Assembly (NCBI GenBank): GCA_963674785.1
Contig: OY771555.1
Coordinates: forward strand, 768,001 to 832,000
Length of the DNA stretch: 64,000 nt
Source: Caldisericia bacterium
GTDB lineage: Bacteria > Caldisericota > Caldisericia > JAAYUI01
Direction of reading: 5' to 3'
Shown here: piece by piece, positions 13,501-20,878 of the stretch
Layout of the letters: each line of letters begins with the position of its first letter
How positions within the stretch are numbered: the stretch's first letter is position 1
The notes under the pieces: model-generated
What the model was told of the DNA's origin: nothing
Databases searched by the model: none
The model's input: only the letters and a program-made list of their open reading frames with translations
Program-made: the position numbers and the translations under genes

Positions 13501-13660
13501 GAACCTTGCAGAGGCTGTAACACGTGATCCTGCAACAAACCAGGTAATCATTCCTGTTGCAAACATCCTTCAGTATCTCAATGCTGAAACAGATGGAATC
13601 CTTGATATTGACTGGAATCCAGCAGCACAGAGAATGACAATTACAAGACTCTGGAAATAA
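4553..13660 (+). CDS. 3035-aa secreted S-layer/sheath-like protein with C-terminal Ig-like and stalk domains
   Basis: SD aggag; Sec signal peptide MRKVITTLLSLALVMGML; internal repeats (YDPGExIYR..VxxGDxRLTxV); DxDxDG Ca-binding-like motifs; stalk-type C-terminus (IEFVVGNTTAYVDG..LMVDANFL..IDWNPAAQRMTIT). Confidence 0.88.
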   Translation: MRKVITTLLSLALVMGMLVSIPLLTPKDTEAKNGNQPATMVANRFHRIGFDRYGRELPDGKQVPWQKVGEIWWGREGFPMPFALRAVDNPPNSIPLPPATASYATIATPASGDINSLTGRLDDEALPSSIAQIQDFGLWSEVWLTVDVTSGEDAASGNGLTTYKHHWYVILDEHGQLWFDTDGRFNDCRYYGYADPYDVNYQLDPHDYTHDNCTDNPRALVDPIVSNNTQGPYILDPDYNPFSNSAANDLGFQFYSLSYDLANQAAPVYESRIYFWDADKTGYNTKRLWKLGYADMTDYLAERALGPAGAVCSGIVYEEGPDPDTLSALQENLYKGYEDWDVSLGLERFPVNPNGTFMDTGTVLHAENVTDAASYPDSMTSFNMQTPVAYNFGEFIYRKAGAQSYYPIPADVATAPCSFVDGGDVRLSDVVVTRNGYIQTYPEDTAVFDAGVIAVWDPGDDYDVGTSLWTFANPATSPTFTEYEYYHNQRVAGVVNPTPPVVTSSYDPGEFIYRKGNGSSERFVEAGDFRLTNVRGWQTDDFMQHDADRPYLIFDTDGLTRAGIIDGDLLLMAEVINGGCLSPYYNIAVQTDAWIGWRDNGMWMPVDIGYTAAGIRSQFDTTINHYNRVQKNAMLSSKSEGFFVPSTVFHDVKLEERQFTGWSIWLDDGVDNNIGSYNYQALANPNMPVRDTIAAASLNLSNDLEDKFFVEQTVGGESLEKWDFDYGRGSAMDDFGELVAFTDSKVTSVPTDVNAGPPYMFFDAGGEGIFGCNEHIYRDMDRSGDITVGDLRLTNVTTFRNQGTGTNSGAMIAYPAGSKVGAGDLDVGEILTAFPAVSAPEVFCFYDVAHPASGIPRNYEYDPGEDIYLQPSDGAGSYITEVDYRSVRATEVDIQGKVYPCGTPVSLSQALYVENEVNMISMGHNGLSNFMDMEVIPGDIQVKVEVDQEFMVEQTSHVKVEVTPAPDDPDDKYHVLLENVPRSSFNNIAETVRTIDMAHPEAHFEITPYRGSCDLTGFVQDRKIYVHVIKEESDLNAYSGLLMLPRDGEYYDPFWKTVYRDPEHRAYANYARYVFDPVTDPRYELYGVHYRELSNSYDCYGKWESTIQPEDLDITANRKCLTVLEQRFPNLILTLTNHDNENDVNDPAGIRFATQSIADRPHRVNYNARGAGVKFLFTANNIDFTKKYIVQVNDDDTFICWEWDDYEPLNMLSPLDVLMFRDITPDQTWGNVPYSVPTSFGTSVTPDPRYGRGTTGQAPRLPVDAEPESEAEKCSVTDVDCSGKQATCDLCGIGGGEVEDFIPTGAITLNDTYGNSYIEFIIQTFGVPAMVTDYGYLSTTDPGGQMVCAVLPRNAKTPLHIRVTAEQTIFNFNSVDGQLWPPNGPSFLNDYTGGVDYCGTISFDITPPDPYVNFAELTMVDHALQYSQANYTAGSDSDGYHTNPTSPLGVPAPQIQIPYNPIITDLTEEVICYPGGQTHPFRLDGPNSNRRSGWNAYPAINSEYYNGTSKSQFVKLGTEFFPLTDYGLFFILKNQRGEHLSFAPVSHWIQDENGNYPTRYDLQLKRVLIEGPFMRPKFMNAEDTNFLLNNHYNGTEYLPISYDYSGRIEISEENAASFIANSLSYHGGDFANCTQPYMTDSDPVRNQLVYPDDTNIPENDYLRLLDRSLDYTANHFANIGGRPGGANDVFAIDEIIPINYGNISITVELHDGTRKIYQDCCVKPPVDGIDVHGLDIKGAPSEIKVDQDNVVEIELFEYNDIQVVNECNNALVFCWQDRGIKQIGADMRFGIGDGWITNPPRNSNKQNLGWQFLPADDLNGDSKISFNDFETEILGTYDMVTNTWSAGIIDARTYQRNDGQYKFELTQDNGCIVDEIGFDFGGGDASGGRFTLPDHIISQNEELPIWITAYKYGDDNNDRSFQPYYEIPPESFFGKAGFSHEVYLAATAAITVTGEDDLVVETIPTVLTAGVTPEYVDPDEPFTFQVYHEDGSTPFDFVEEGVPDYTGAYRITDDEFIANNIFVDPRPDNTYYNGYDAELPQYYWLRFDLQNYDPTSQGQGCDNHHIFASEIEAINFIKYDFTKSAEGKYSFRDFVANDEGSFPVYIYSPDRKHYAVHDVKVRPPKVVYEVSNVDGDGAEFTVPSIDGDADFLLTAANNNMYKVRVTCKTWDGEKLLKGTAKGVSVCSGSDQDVARFTPAFTTGMSFNSSYGDLYLFGTRGDIVTYDQHPLDLDVAYRARVRPRIGIDTNGNGVVEPSNNEFFQAGSFEYPFFNIYSYTSGSYSRFYFREVTVSWGAGGLPPAFYYNTTNRTDKDMYDGKLKYSTGYFCDIVPRDDYEWQWGPGAIYNSSHHGGYIFADFNDDGNLSYADSLSLDDRGQTELYITAGDIQRFIGLVGDNPWSNTKWGDVYGGNTPYLSGITNFSGSDLTVNFKTDSYAPRTMKRRYGFRPTGSSNPSAFVPARDGAFALDWEAWPAKDNALKIAAPKVEVFSAETHSIFGYEIFDSNNFDIVYSKDNHVMMIFTPADRSNGGYGGICRDVPLMPGAKVTMSPLNSGGAAPNYSYGRTVRFNPSDDILENSPDLSNNHDKATQCISLIRPTGVGRSVLYMYYTQQNNRFIYPYEYFIWSDLDGYAIFPGFDSVRGLQVIADTESLLTAQTTGTINVKVVEYGTNHPAAGAELTIEGAGVSIPAKYCNDKGESTVIVTPTETGVITIKASLTDHVDGIGKIVVGADTQPPTLTIEKPTNFETINDKKVEIEGATRPGSTLTINGNKVAVDLNGEFKYSAALENEGSNTLVIKSMTPSGATTIRYVTVVRDLTAPQLLINDDTQIVAGATTYTLTGKVEPGSTVTVNGEEATVVFDVWTIKVNLVPGENTFRVEAMDPVGNVETKEHTVTNWNKVEIEFVVGNTTAYVDGQPKSMTVAPTTTNVSSTLMVDANFLFSVLGDSASISPDGNSFTIKLGDSTATFTIGSDILNVDGTPKNLAEAVTRDPATNQVIIPVANILQYLNAETDGILDIDWNPAAQRMTITRLWK

Positions 13661-13692
13661 TCTTCCAACCTTGTAAGAATTACTCTTGAACT

Positions 13693-13728
13693 AAAAAAGC
13701 CCCGGAGAAATCCGGGGCTTTTTCTTTT
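13693..13728 (+). terminator. Rho-independent terminator
   Basis: aaaaaagccccgga-gaaa-tccggggctttttctttt. Confidence 0.9.
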
Positions 13729-13874
13729 GGATTTCACAAAACGTCCTCCGTTTGCTTTTAACTATAAATTAATCATATCCCCCTAAATATTGCAGAATTC
13801 TCATTTAAAATTTTAGAACCAGGTTGGGTTGTTTTTCGTTTCTGTTTATAGAAGAAAAAAATAAGGGGGTGTAT

Positions 13875-15581
13875 ATGAGAAGACGTTTTGTGACACTGAT
13901 GTTGGTGGTTTTGCTAGTATTATCTCTTTTCCCATCGATTTCTGTTTTTGCTGAGGAAAAAACCAAACTTGTTTTGAAAGTCGAACTTACAGAAAACTCG
14001 AGAATCCTCACATGGAATGAATATCCGGGTGCAGACTCGTACTATGCGTGTATGAGGCTGACCTACAATGTTGAGGGTGAAAAAAGCTACTTTATGCCGA
14101 TCCATGATTTTCCTCTCACTAAAACATCCATTGAAGATTTTGGAAAAATCACAGGAAGAAAAAAATTCACCTACAAAGTAAAAGCTCTTGATGCTGAGGG
14201 TAAGGTGATTGCTGAATCAAACATCGTAACAGTATATATCAAAAACCCCGACTGCCAGTACAAATACACATTTGAGATTGGAAAAAACAGCTATATCAAA
14301 AATGGTGTTGAGATTCTTTTCAAGCAAGGCAAGATTATTCTTGAAAACCACAGAATATATATGCCAATCAAGCTTCTGTTCGATGAAATGGAGTATGAAT
14401 TGACATTTGACTCCAAAGAAAAGAAATCTACTTTCAATCAAAACAATAAAAAGTTTGAATTTTGGCACTCAGGTGAAGACTTTTTTACATACAATGGTGA
14501 CACATACAAATTCGCAGAAAATGATTCTAGCGTGACTGTAAAGTTGATTGGTGGTGTTTTGTATATGCCCATGTTCCCTGTGGTCAGATTCATGGACGCA
14601 TATGATGTCAAACTCGATCCAATCAAAATGACTATAGATATGACCTTTGATTGCCCTGAGGAGTATTCACCTCTTGATGAGATGGTCACAAGGAAAGTCT
14701 CTCTGACATTAGACAAAGACATTATCATTGTTGACGGGCAGGATTATAAAGTGGGTTGTGGGCTGAGACTGTTTGGTGATTCAACCTATCTGCCTGTTGA
14801 GTTTTTGCTCAAAGGTTTTGGACTCAAGGCTGTTTGGGAAGATGAAAATAATCTTCATTTTTTCAAATGGAACTACAAAAATCCAAAAAAGAAATCAGCG
14901 AAGTTTGTCACAGTTGTTGTTGGTGACGACAAGATAGATGTTGGTGGCGAATCAAGAAAACTCCGAGCCCCATCAAAAATGGAGGATGGGATTCTATATG
15001 TTACCCTTGATTTCATGCAGATTTTTGAAGTGCAGACTGTTTGGGATAGCGCCAGCAAAACAATCAGTTTTGAGATGGATGTCCCGGCTGATGCCATAAA
15101 TGGGCTTCAGAACACTGAAACCGTAAAAAGGTCTGCTAAGTTTTTTCTGAAAGGGACGCAGCAGGGAGACGATGAGATAATGATGCTTGATGGATTGGAG
15201 TATGTTGGAAAACCACTGGTTATCTCAGGAGGATCTACCATGCTTCCAATAAAATATTTTGCCCAGGCTTTTGGTGGGGATTACGCCTGGAAACCTGAAA
15301 AAGATGAGATGGTCATAGAGATGAAAAAATCGGCTGGGAATGGTGAGTTTGTGGACATAAGAGCTGTGTTTCACACAGGGGAAAAGGAGTACGAAATTGA
15401 TGGTGAGGTTTTTGAAATGTTTGCCCCGGCAGAGATTATTGAGGGTGAGTTTTACATCCCGGCAAGACCTGTATTAGATCATTTTGAAGTAGAAGGTACT
15501 TGGAATGCCGATGAAAAATCGATGGCTTTCGAGTCAGAGGTTGAACTGGGTCGGAAGATAAAGCTTGAGAGAAATCATTAG
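13875..15581 (+). CDS. Secreted protein: FnIII-like N-domain plus about three stalk (copper amine oxidase N-terminal-like) domains
   Basis: ATG at 13875 after aagggggt; signal peptide ending VFA; repeated xYxPxxxxxxxFG..W motifs (TYLPVEFLLKGFG, TMLPIKYFAQAFGG, FYIPARPV). Confidence 0.8.
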   Translation: MRRRFVTLMLVVLLVLSLFPSISVFAEEKTKLVLKVELTENSRILTWNEYPGADSYYACMRLTYNVEGEKSYFMPIHDFPLTKTSIEDFGKITGRKKFTYKVKALDAEGKVIAESNIVTVYIKNPDCQYKYTFEIGKNSYIKNGVEILFKQGKIILENHRIYMPIKLLFDEMEYELTFDSKEKKSTFNQNNKKFEFWHSGEDFFTYNGDTYKFAENDSSVTVKLIGGVLYMPMFPVVRFMDAYDVKLDPIKMTIDMTFDCPEEYSPLDEMVTRKVSLTLDKDIIIVDGQDYKVGCGLRLFGDSTYLPVEFLLKGFGLKAVWEDENNLHFFKWNYKNPKKKSAKFVTVVVGDDKIDVGGESRKLRAPSKMEDGILYVTLDFMQIFEVQTVWDSASKTISFEMDVPADAINGLQNTETVKRSAKFFLKGTQQGDDEIMMLDGLEYVGKPLVISGGSTMLPIKYFAQAFGGDYAWKPEKDEMVIEMKKSAGNGEFVDIRAVFHTGEKEYEIDGEVFEMFAPAEIIEGEFYIPARPVLDHFEVEGTWNADEKSMAFESEVELGRKIKLERNH

Positions 15582-15585
15582 CGAG

Positions 15586-17304
15586 ATGAAAAATATGAAA
15601 AGGTTTATTATTTTTGCCTTAGTTGGAATACTAGTTGTCAGTTTGTTCGGTGTAAACTCAGCATGGGCGTCAGACAAGGGTTTCCAAGTCAATTGCGAGT
15701 TTGAAAACAATGAGGTAATTCTCACCTGGGAAGCAGTCGATGGTGCCTCTTATTATCATGTTTTTAGAGGAGTTTCTGAAAACACTGTTTCAGAAACTCC
15801 ATTAACAGACTTTCCTATAACCAAAACGAATTATTATGATTCCTGGATGTATCAGGATATAAAAACAGCAGTTTATGTTGTATGTGCATATGATTCAGAA
15901 ATGGTAATGGTTGCCAAAAGCTCTCCTTTGTATTTTGAAGAAGAATATGGAAAACACGTCAATATAAATATCACATTTAAACTTGGTGAATCAAAATATA
16001 TTGTAAATGGGATAGAAAAAGAGATGGATGGGGAAGTAAAGTCGTTTGGTGGAAAGGTTTACGTTCCATATAAAGTTTTACCAAATGAATTATCATGCGC
16101 TTCAAAATGGGTGTGGACAGAAGATAAAGAGCAGGAATTAATAATAACAAATCACACTGATTATTTTCATATGATTGTTGGCAGCAACATAGCAAAAATA
16201 AATGATGATGTGATTCAAATCGATGAAAATGATACAAGGGTTTACCCAAAAGAAATCGATGATATGCTGTATATTCCATTGAGATTTACGGTCACAATTC
16301 TTGATGCAAAAGAGATCAAGTTTTTGCCAGCAAATACAGAGATAAAACTTCTGTTTGATAAACCTGCAGATGATCGTGAAGGCTACTACGAAAGAAAAGT
16401 GAGAATCCGAAATGACCTTTCTGCAGTTGAGATTGATGATGCACCAACAAATAAAAAAGCTCAAATAATATCTAAAAATGGATCGTATTATCTACCAATT
16501 GAGGATATTCTTTTGGCGTTTGGGTTTGATACATCTTGGGAGTGTGATAAAAAACTCGTTTTCTACAAATGGAAATACAAAGACCCAAATAAATCTGTTG
16601 TTCAAGCTGGTTATTATATTGATGGTGAGGATTTCTTTGTGGTAGATGGAAGACAGGTTCAGATGTCTGACAGAGCATTTGTTCGTGAAGGTAAAATGTA
16701 TGTCGCACCAAATGGTTTTTATAAGATTGGTCCGATGACAAATATCCATTGGTCGGCAAGTGACGTGAGATTGTGGCTGTGGGTACCACGACAGTCGCAT
16801 GCCCTTACAGAACCAAAAAAACCTCACACCAGAGAGGTTTCGATGTGGGCAGTCACAGAGGACAGAAATCAGGATAAAGCCGGACAGATTGCAGTTGATG
16901 ATGTTCTTTACAAATCACCTTCGGAAATCATGAAACTTGATGGGATTACATGTATCCCTATTGGAACCGTTTTGAATGCCTTTGGTGCTGTGCTTTCCTG
17001 GGGTAATGATAAGAAAGTGTTATCAGTTGAATTGGATACGTTCTATTATGATGGTGAAGAAACAACTATAAATGCAAGATTTGAGGTTGGGAACAAGACT
17101 CTCAAAATCGATGGACAAGAGTTTGAAATGATAAAAGCCCCAGAGATTGTTAATGAGGAACTCTATGTTCCGATCAGAGTCCTTTCCGAAAGGTTTTCCG
17201 TTGAGACTTCAGTGAATTTGGCAAGTGAAAGCGTTATAGACAGAATTTATTGGCAACTTAGGGTTCCAATTGATTCACCAATTAACCTCGAAAAATTCGA
17301 GTAA
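15586..17304 (+). CDS. Secreted stalk-domain protein, paralog of 13875..15581
   Basis: Signal peptide ending AWA; shared motifs LTW..GAxxY, DFPxTKT and FxKWxYKxPxK; LYIPLRF and LYVPIRV stalk motifs. The start could also be 15595. Confidence 0.8.
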   Translation: MKNMKRFIIFALVGILVVSLFGVNSAWASDKGFQVNCEFENNEVILTWEAVDGASYYHVFRGVSENTVSETPLTDFPITKTNYYDSWMYQDIKTAVYVVCAYDSEMVMVAKSSPLYFEEEYGKHVNINITFKLGESKYIVNGIEKEMDGEVKSFGGKVYVPYKVLPNELSCASKWVWTEDKEQELIITNHTDYFHMIVGSNIAKINDDVIQIDENDTRVYPKEIDDMLYIPLRFTVTILDAKEIKFLPANTEIKLLFDKPADDREGYYERKVRIRNDLSAVEIDDAPTNKKAQIISKNGSYYLPIEDILLAFGFDTSWECDKKLVFYKWKYKDPNKSVVQAGYYIDGEDFFVVDGRQVQMSDRAFVREGKMYVAPNGFYKIGPMTNIHWSASDVRLWLWVPRQSHALTEPKKPHTREVSMWAVTEDRNQDKAGQIAVDDVLYKSPSEIMKLDGITCIPIGTVLNAFGAVLSWGNDKKVLSVELDTFYYDGEETTINARFEVGNKTLKIDGQEFEMIKAPEIVNEELYVPIRVLSERFSVETSVNLASESVIDRIYWQLRVPIDSPINLEKFE

Positions 17305-17333
17305 ACATAATTCATTTTGAAGTTTTAAGTCAC

Positions 17334-17365
17334 GGGGCAGAATCGGGAGACACTGCCCCTTTTTT
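17334..17365 (+). terminator. Rho-independent terminator
   Basis: ggggcag..ctgcccc followed by tttttt. Confidence 0.7.
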
Positions 17366-17425
17366 AATGGGGATTCTTTTGGGGTGGATTTTTGTTTTCG
17401 ACTCTGTTATAATGGGCGGGAGTTT

Positions 17426-19036
17426 ATGAAAAAGCTGACAATTGTGATTCTCAGTCTCGTTATTGTTGTGGTGGGTGCAGGTCTGAACCTGGTTTTTGCC
17501 ACGGACAATAATCCATCTGGAATCACGTACACATACAAAGGTGGGCAGTGGGAAAACCCCACTTCGTGGAACCCGGAGACTGGTGCAGGTGGTCCCGCTG
17601 AGGATGATAATGTTGTCATCCCAAAGGGAACAGTGGCTACAATGCCAAATTTCTGCTCTGTTGCGACGGTTTCACTTGAAGGAAATCTTGAAACAGATGG
17701 TGAGCTTCGAGTCAATTCGATGACCATTTTTGGTGATGGAAAGCTCACGGTTAAGGGCAAAATCCAGTCAACCGGAAAATTCACAAACAATGGACAGATG
17801 AATGTTTATCCAGCAGGAAAGCTCTATGTTCAGAAGTTTGAAAACACCGGTTATGTCAGTACTCGAGAAAATCTCATCATCACATCGATGGATGGGTTTA
17901 CAAACACTGGTTTTATAACATCTCAGGGGGATATTTTCTTGAGATGTCATGAGCTTGATAACTCTGGAAAAATCACAAGTGTGAAATCAGATGTCTCAAT
18001 CTTTTCAAACACTGAGATAATAAATAATGGCAGAATAAAAGCCGGAGACTCCGAAGGTACTGCAGGTGGTGGCAGTGTTTATGTCGCATGCTCCACATTC
18101 ACAGGTGGTGGTGAAGTAACAGCTGGAAACGGCAAAAACGGTAACCCGCCAAGGTCTGCTGGCAAAACATATATCGGCAAAACATTTGATAATGCCGAGT
18201 GGACGGCTGCCACTTCCGCAAAACCGACAGGGGTGGTTTCAGATCTTTCTATATGGAACATTCAGATCGCAAAAAACCCCGCAGTTGACGGTGTAGAATA
18301 CATTGCCAAAGAGAGTCTTCTTGTCATTGAAAAACCATCAAACGGAAGACCAATGCCTGGAAGAAATGGGTACTCGATAATCTGTAAAACCGGCGGAACA
18401 ACTATTAACACAACCCTCCATTGGAAGGGTGCAGAGGATATAAGAGCCACAGGAAGCACAAGCCTTGGCAGACTCGGTTCATCATATGAAAATATTTCTG
18501 CAGGTGGCAAGAAGACAATCAAAATTGTGATTCCACCAGCAAAATCCAGTGAGCGTGAACTCAAAAAAGTAAACATCAAATATACCGTCCCAGGCACAAC
18601 ATATACCGCCAGGTTGACACTCCATGTTTATTATCTTCCATGCCCGGTTATCACAGGTGTTGCTGGCATGAACTGCTGTACAATTGAAGAGGATGATGGA
18701 ACAATCCGCGACACGGAATTTCCTGTAACACCGATCATTTCTGGTGACAGGCTCATGGTTCCACTTCGCTTTGTTGTGGAATCCTGTGGTGGGGTTGTTA
18801 GTTGGGATGAGGGCGAAAGAACTGCTCGAATCGACCTTCCGGGTCGCACTGCAACATTTACCCCCAACATGGATAATTCAAATGTGAATGGTGTCACAGA
18901 GGGGCTTTATAAAAGTTCATTCATCAATAACAAGTCTGACAGAATGATGGTCTCTGGTCGCTCCCTTTGCGAGATCATGGGCGCTGATATCAGTTTTGAC
19001 GATGGGGTTTTTGAGATTACGTATCCTGGGAGTTAG
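17426..19036 (+). CDS. Secreted protein with G/N-rich beta-helix-like repeats and a C-terminal stalk domain
   Basis: MKKLTIVIL signal peptide; FxNxG repeats; PIISGDRLMVPLRFVVESCGGVVSWD stalk signature; upstream TGTTATAAT extended -10. Confidence 0.8.
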   Translation: MKKLTIVILSLVIVVVGAGLNLVFATDNNPSGITYTYKGGQWENPTSWNPETGAGGPAEDDNVVIPKGTVATMPNFCSVATVSLEGNLETDGELRVNSMTIFGDGKLTVKGKIQSTGKFTNNGQMNVYPAGKLYVQKFENTGYVSTRENLIITSMDGFTNTGFITSQGDIFLRCHELDNSGKITSVKSDVSIFSNTEIINNGRIKAGDSEGTAGGGSVYVACSTFTGGGEVTAGNGKNGNPPRSAGKTYIGKTFDNAEWTAATSAKPTGVVSDLSIWNIQIAKNPAVDGVEYIAKESLLVIEKPSNGRPMPGRNGYSIICKTGGTTINTTLHWKGAEDIRATGSTSLGRLGSSYENISAGGKKTIKIVIPPAKSSERELKKVNIKYTVPGTTYTARLTLHVYYLPCPVITGVAGMNCCTIEEDDGTIRDTEFPVTPIISGDRLMVPLRFVVESCGGVVSWDEGERTARIDLPGRTATFTPNMDNSNVNGVTEGLYKSSFINNKSDRMMVSGRSLCEIMGADISFDDGVFEITYPGS

Positions 19037-19072
19037 GTAAAACGATTCTTTGTCTTTTCTGATTCTGACCCT

Positions 19073-19185
19073 TGTCATGCCCAGTCTCACATTCATCATC
19101 TCTTTCTTCCCGCCATTTCTGCTTCACCTTCCTACGTCATTCCCAGCTCTTCCCAACGTCTTCCCCGTGTAGACGGGGAACCAGG
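19073..19185 (+). repeat. CGTC-tagged palindrome (REP/dRS3-like) with upstream degenerate half-copies; left flank of the GIY-YIG gene
   Basis: Full copy CGTC-TTCCCCGT-GTAG-ACGGGGAA-CCAGG at 19157-19185; half-copies at 19073, 19094, 19111 and 19135. Confidence 0.85.
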
Positions 19186-19261
19186 AAGCATCACCAAATG
19201 TGTATTTTATATTGACGCATTAATCCTCGATTTATGGTGAATTTGTGAGTACAGTATCTTT

Positions 19262-19552
19262 GTGAAGCAGCCTGCAGTCTACATTCTTGCCAGTAAGAAA
19301 AACGGAACTCTATACATTGGTGTGACAAGCAACCTGGTAAAAAGAGTTTGGGAACATAAAAATGATGTTGTCCCTGGTTTTTCCAAGCAATATAAAATTC
19401 ATACCCTGGTTTACTTCGAATTGTTTCCAAGTATGGAATCAGCGATTATAAGAGAGAAAAGACTGAAAAAATGGGAGAGAGCTTGGAAGATAAGGATTAT
19501 TGAAGAAAAGAATCCGAATTGGAATGATTTGTATGAACAGATTATTCGATAA
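19262..19552 (+). CDS. ssnA: Small GIY-YIG nuclease, SsnA-like (site-specific ssDNA nuclease family Ssn)
   Basis: 96 aa: QPAVYILAS..NGTLYIGVTSNLxxRxxEH..GF..Y..AIxREKxLKKWxRAWK..IEExNPxWxDL. This closely resembles Neisseria SsnA as I recall it, and the gene is flanked by ATTCCC-N8-GGGAAT-type repeats. Confidence 0.88.
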   Translation: MKQPAVYILASKKNGTLYIGVTSNLVKRVWEHKNDVVPGFSKQYKIHTLVYFELFPSMESAIIREKRLKKWERAWKIRIIEEKNPNWNDLYEQIIR

Positions 19553-19592
19553 GCTTAGTTACATCAATAATTTTTGATGTCGACGCAAACCT

Positions 19593-19750
19593 CCTGGATT
19601 CCCGCCTGCGCGGGAATGACGTAAGAACGTTATGGAGTAATGAAGAGTGGCATGTATTTTCAGTCAAGCTGGGTATGACAGAGGCTTAGGAAATGGATTC
19701 TACTCCGTCATTCCCAAATATGAGATCCCGGGTCTTCGCCCGGGATGACG
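19593..19750 (-). repeat. CGTC palindromes, right flank of the GIY-YIG gene (inverted relative to the left flank)
   Basis: The reverse complement of 19593-19621 is CGTC-ATTCCCGC-GCAG-GCGGGAAT-CCAGG. A second copy at 19722-19750 reads CGTC-ATCCCGGG-CGAAGA-CCCGGGAT, and a + strand half-copy lies at 19706. Confidence 0.9.
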
Positions 19751-19761
19751 GGGGAGATTAT

Positions 19762-20583
19762 CTACATCATCCTCTTTGAAACTCTATCAAACATCCTATC
19801 CGAAAGAATCCTTCTGGCGAAAACCGCGGGTTTTGCACCAAAACCAACAAGATACCTTGTTTTTGGGTGTTTTGCAGTCACAGCTTTTCCGATTGTTTTT
19901 GAGATGAGGGTTGGCTCAGAAAGTTTACTGCTGCTGTACATCTTTTTCATTGCCTCTGCTTGCTTGGTTGCGGTGGCTTCATATGCCCCACCCTTGCTGG
20001 TTTTGATGAGGTTGTCAGCTGCAATTTCGCCCCAGTCGGTTTTGATTGCACCAGGTTCAACAATGATGATATCGATTCCATGAGGGGCAAGCTCCATCCT
20101 CATGCAGTCGCTGAGGGCTTCCACTGCAAACTTTGTGGCGTGATACCACCCACCAAAAGGAGAGTGCATTTTCCCGCCCATAGATGTGATGTTTACAATT
20201 TTCCCGAAGTGTTTTTTTCTCATCCCCGGTAATACCAGTTGTGTCATTCTCGCAAGCCCAAAAACATTGACATCAAGCTGTCTTCTTGCCTCTTCAAGTG
20301 GGACATCCTCAACTGCCCCGTATGATCCATATCCGGCGTTGTTGATGAGAACATCGATGCTTTCTTCATCAGATAAAATTGTGTCAACACAGTTTTTCAT
20401 GGACTGTTCATCTGTGACATCAAGCTTTATGGTTTTGATTCCCTTGGTCTCGAGGTCTTTCATTTTTTCTACACGTCTTGCGGCACCGTACACCTTAAAC
20501 CCTCTGTCCATCAGTTCTAATGCTGTGTAATAACCGATCCCACTGCTTGCCCCTGTCACAAGTGCCACTTTTTTGTTTTCCAT
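19762..20583 (-). CDS. SDR family oxidoreductase
   Basis: TGASSGIG, NNAG and YHATK motifs. Confidence 0.93.
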   Translation of the reverse strand: MENKKVALVTGASSGIGYYTALELMDRGFKVYGAARRVEKMKDLETKGIKTIKLDVTDEQSMKNCVDTILSDEESIDVLINNAGYGSYGAVEDVPLEEARRQLDVNVFGLARMTQLVLPGMRKKHFGKIVNITSMGGKMHSPFGGWYHATKFAVEALSDCMRMELAPHGIDIIIVEPGAIKTDWGEIAADNLIKTSKGGAYEATATKQAEAMKKMYSSSKLSEPTLISKTIGKAVTAKHPKTRYLVGFGAKPAVFARRILSDRMFDRVSKRMM

Positions 20584-20878
20584 GAATAAACTCTCCTTTG
20601 TCCCTTTACTGTAAAATACTAATATAAAAAACCCAGAATAGGATTAACATCCCTCATTTAGGGTTGAGTTTTTTCAAGCTCTAAAACTAGTTATCAAAAA
20701 TCAACCAAATAATGCCCATTTGTGAAATATGTTAATTTATGATATAGTCTCCGGGTATGGTGAGTTTAGTAGATTTTTCAGGTGACAATGTGTGAAAGGC
20801 AAGACTTCGTAATCTGAGTCTTTTGGTGCAGGCTGATTTTAAAAAGTGTAACCAATAAAATGCAACAGGAAACGATTC

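Noticed and set aside
19262-19552. Homing endonuclease of an intron or intein, or a UvrC fragment
   Set aside because: It is a stand-alone 96-aa intergenic gene with no interrupted host gene and no additional DNA-binding domains.
20775-20840. c-di-GMP riboswitch upstream of the kinase gene
   Set aside because: There is only partial resemblance (tgtgaa..gag..gtgca); the GGGCAC pseudoknot partner and the class I GCAAA motifs are absent.
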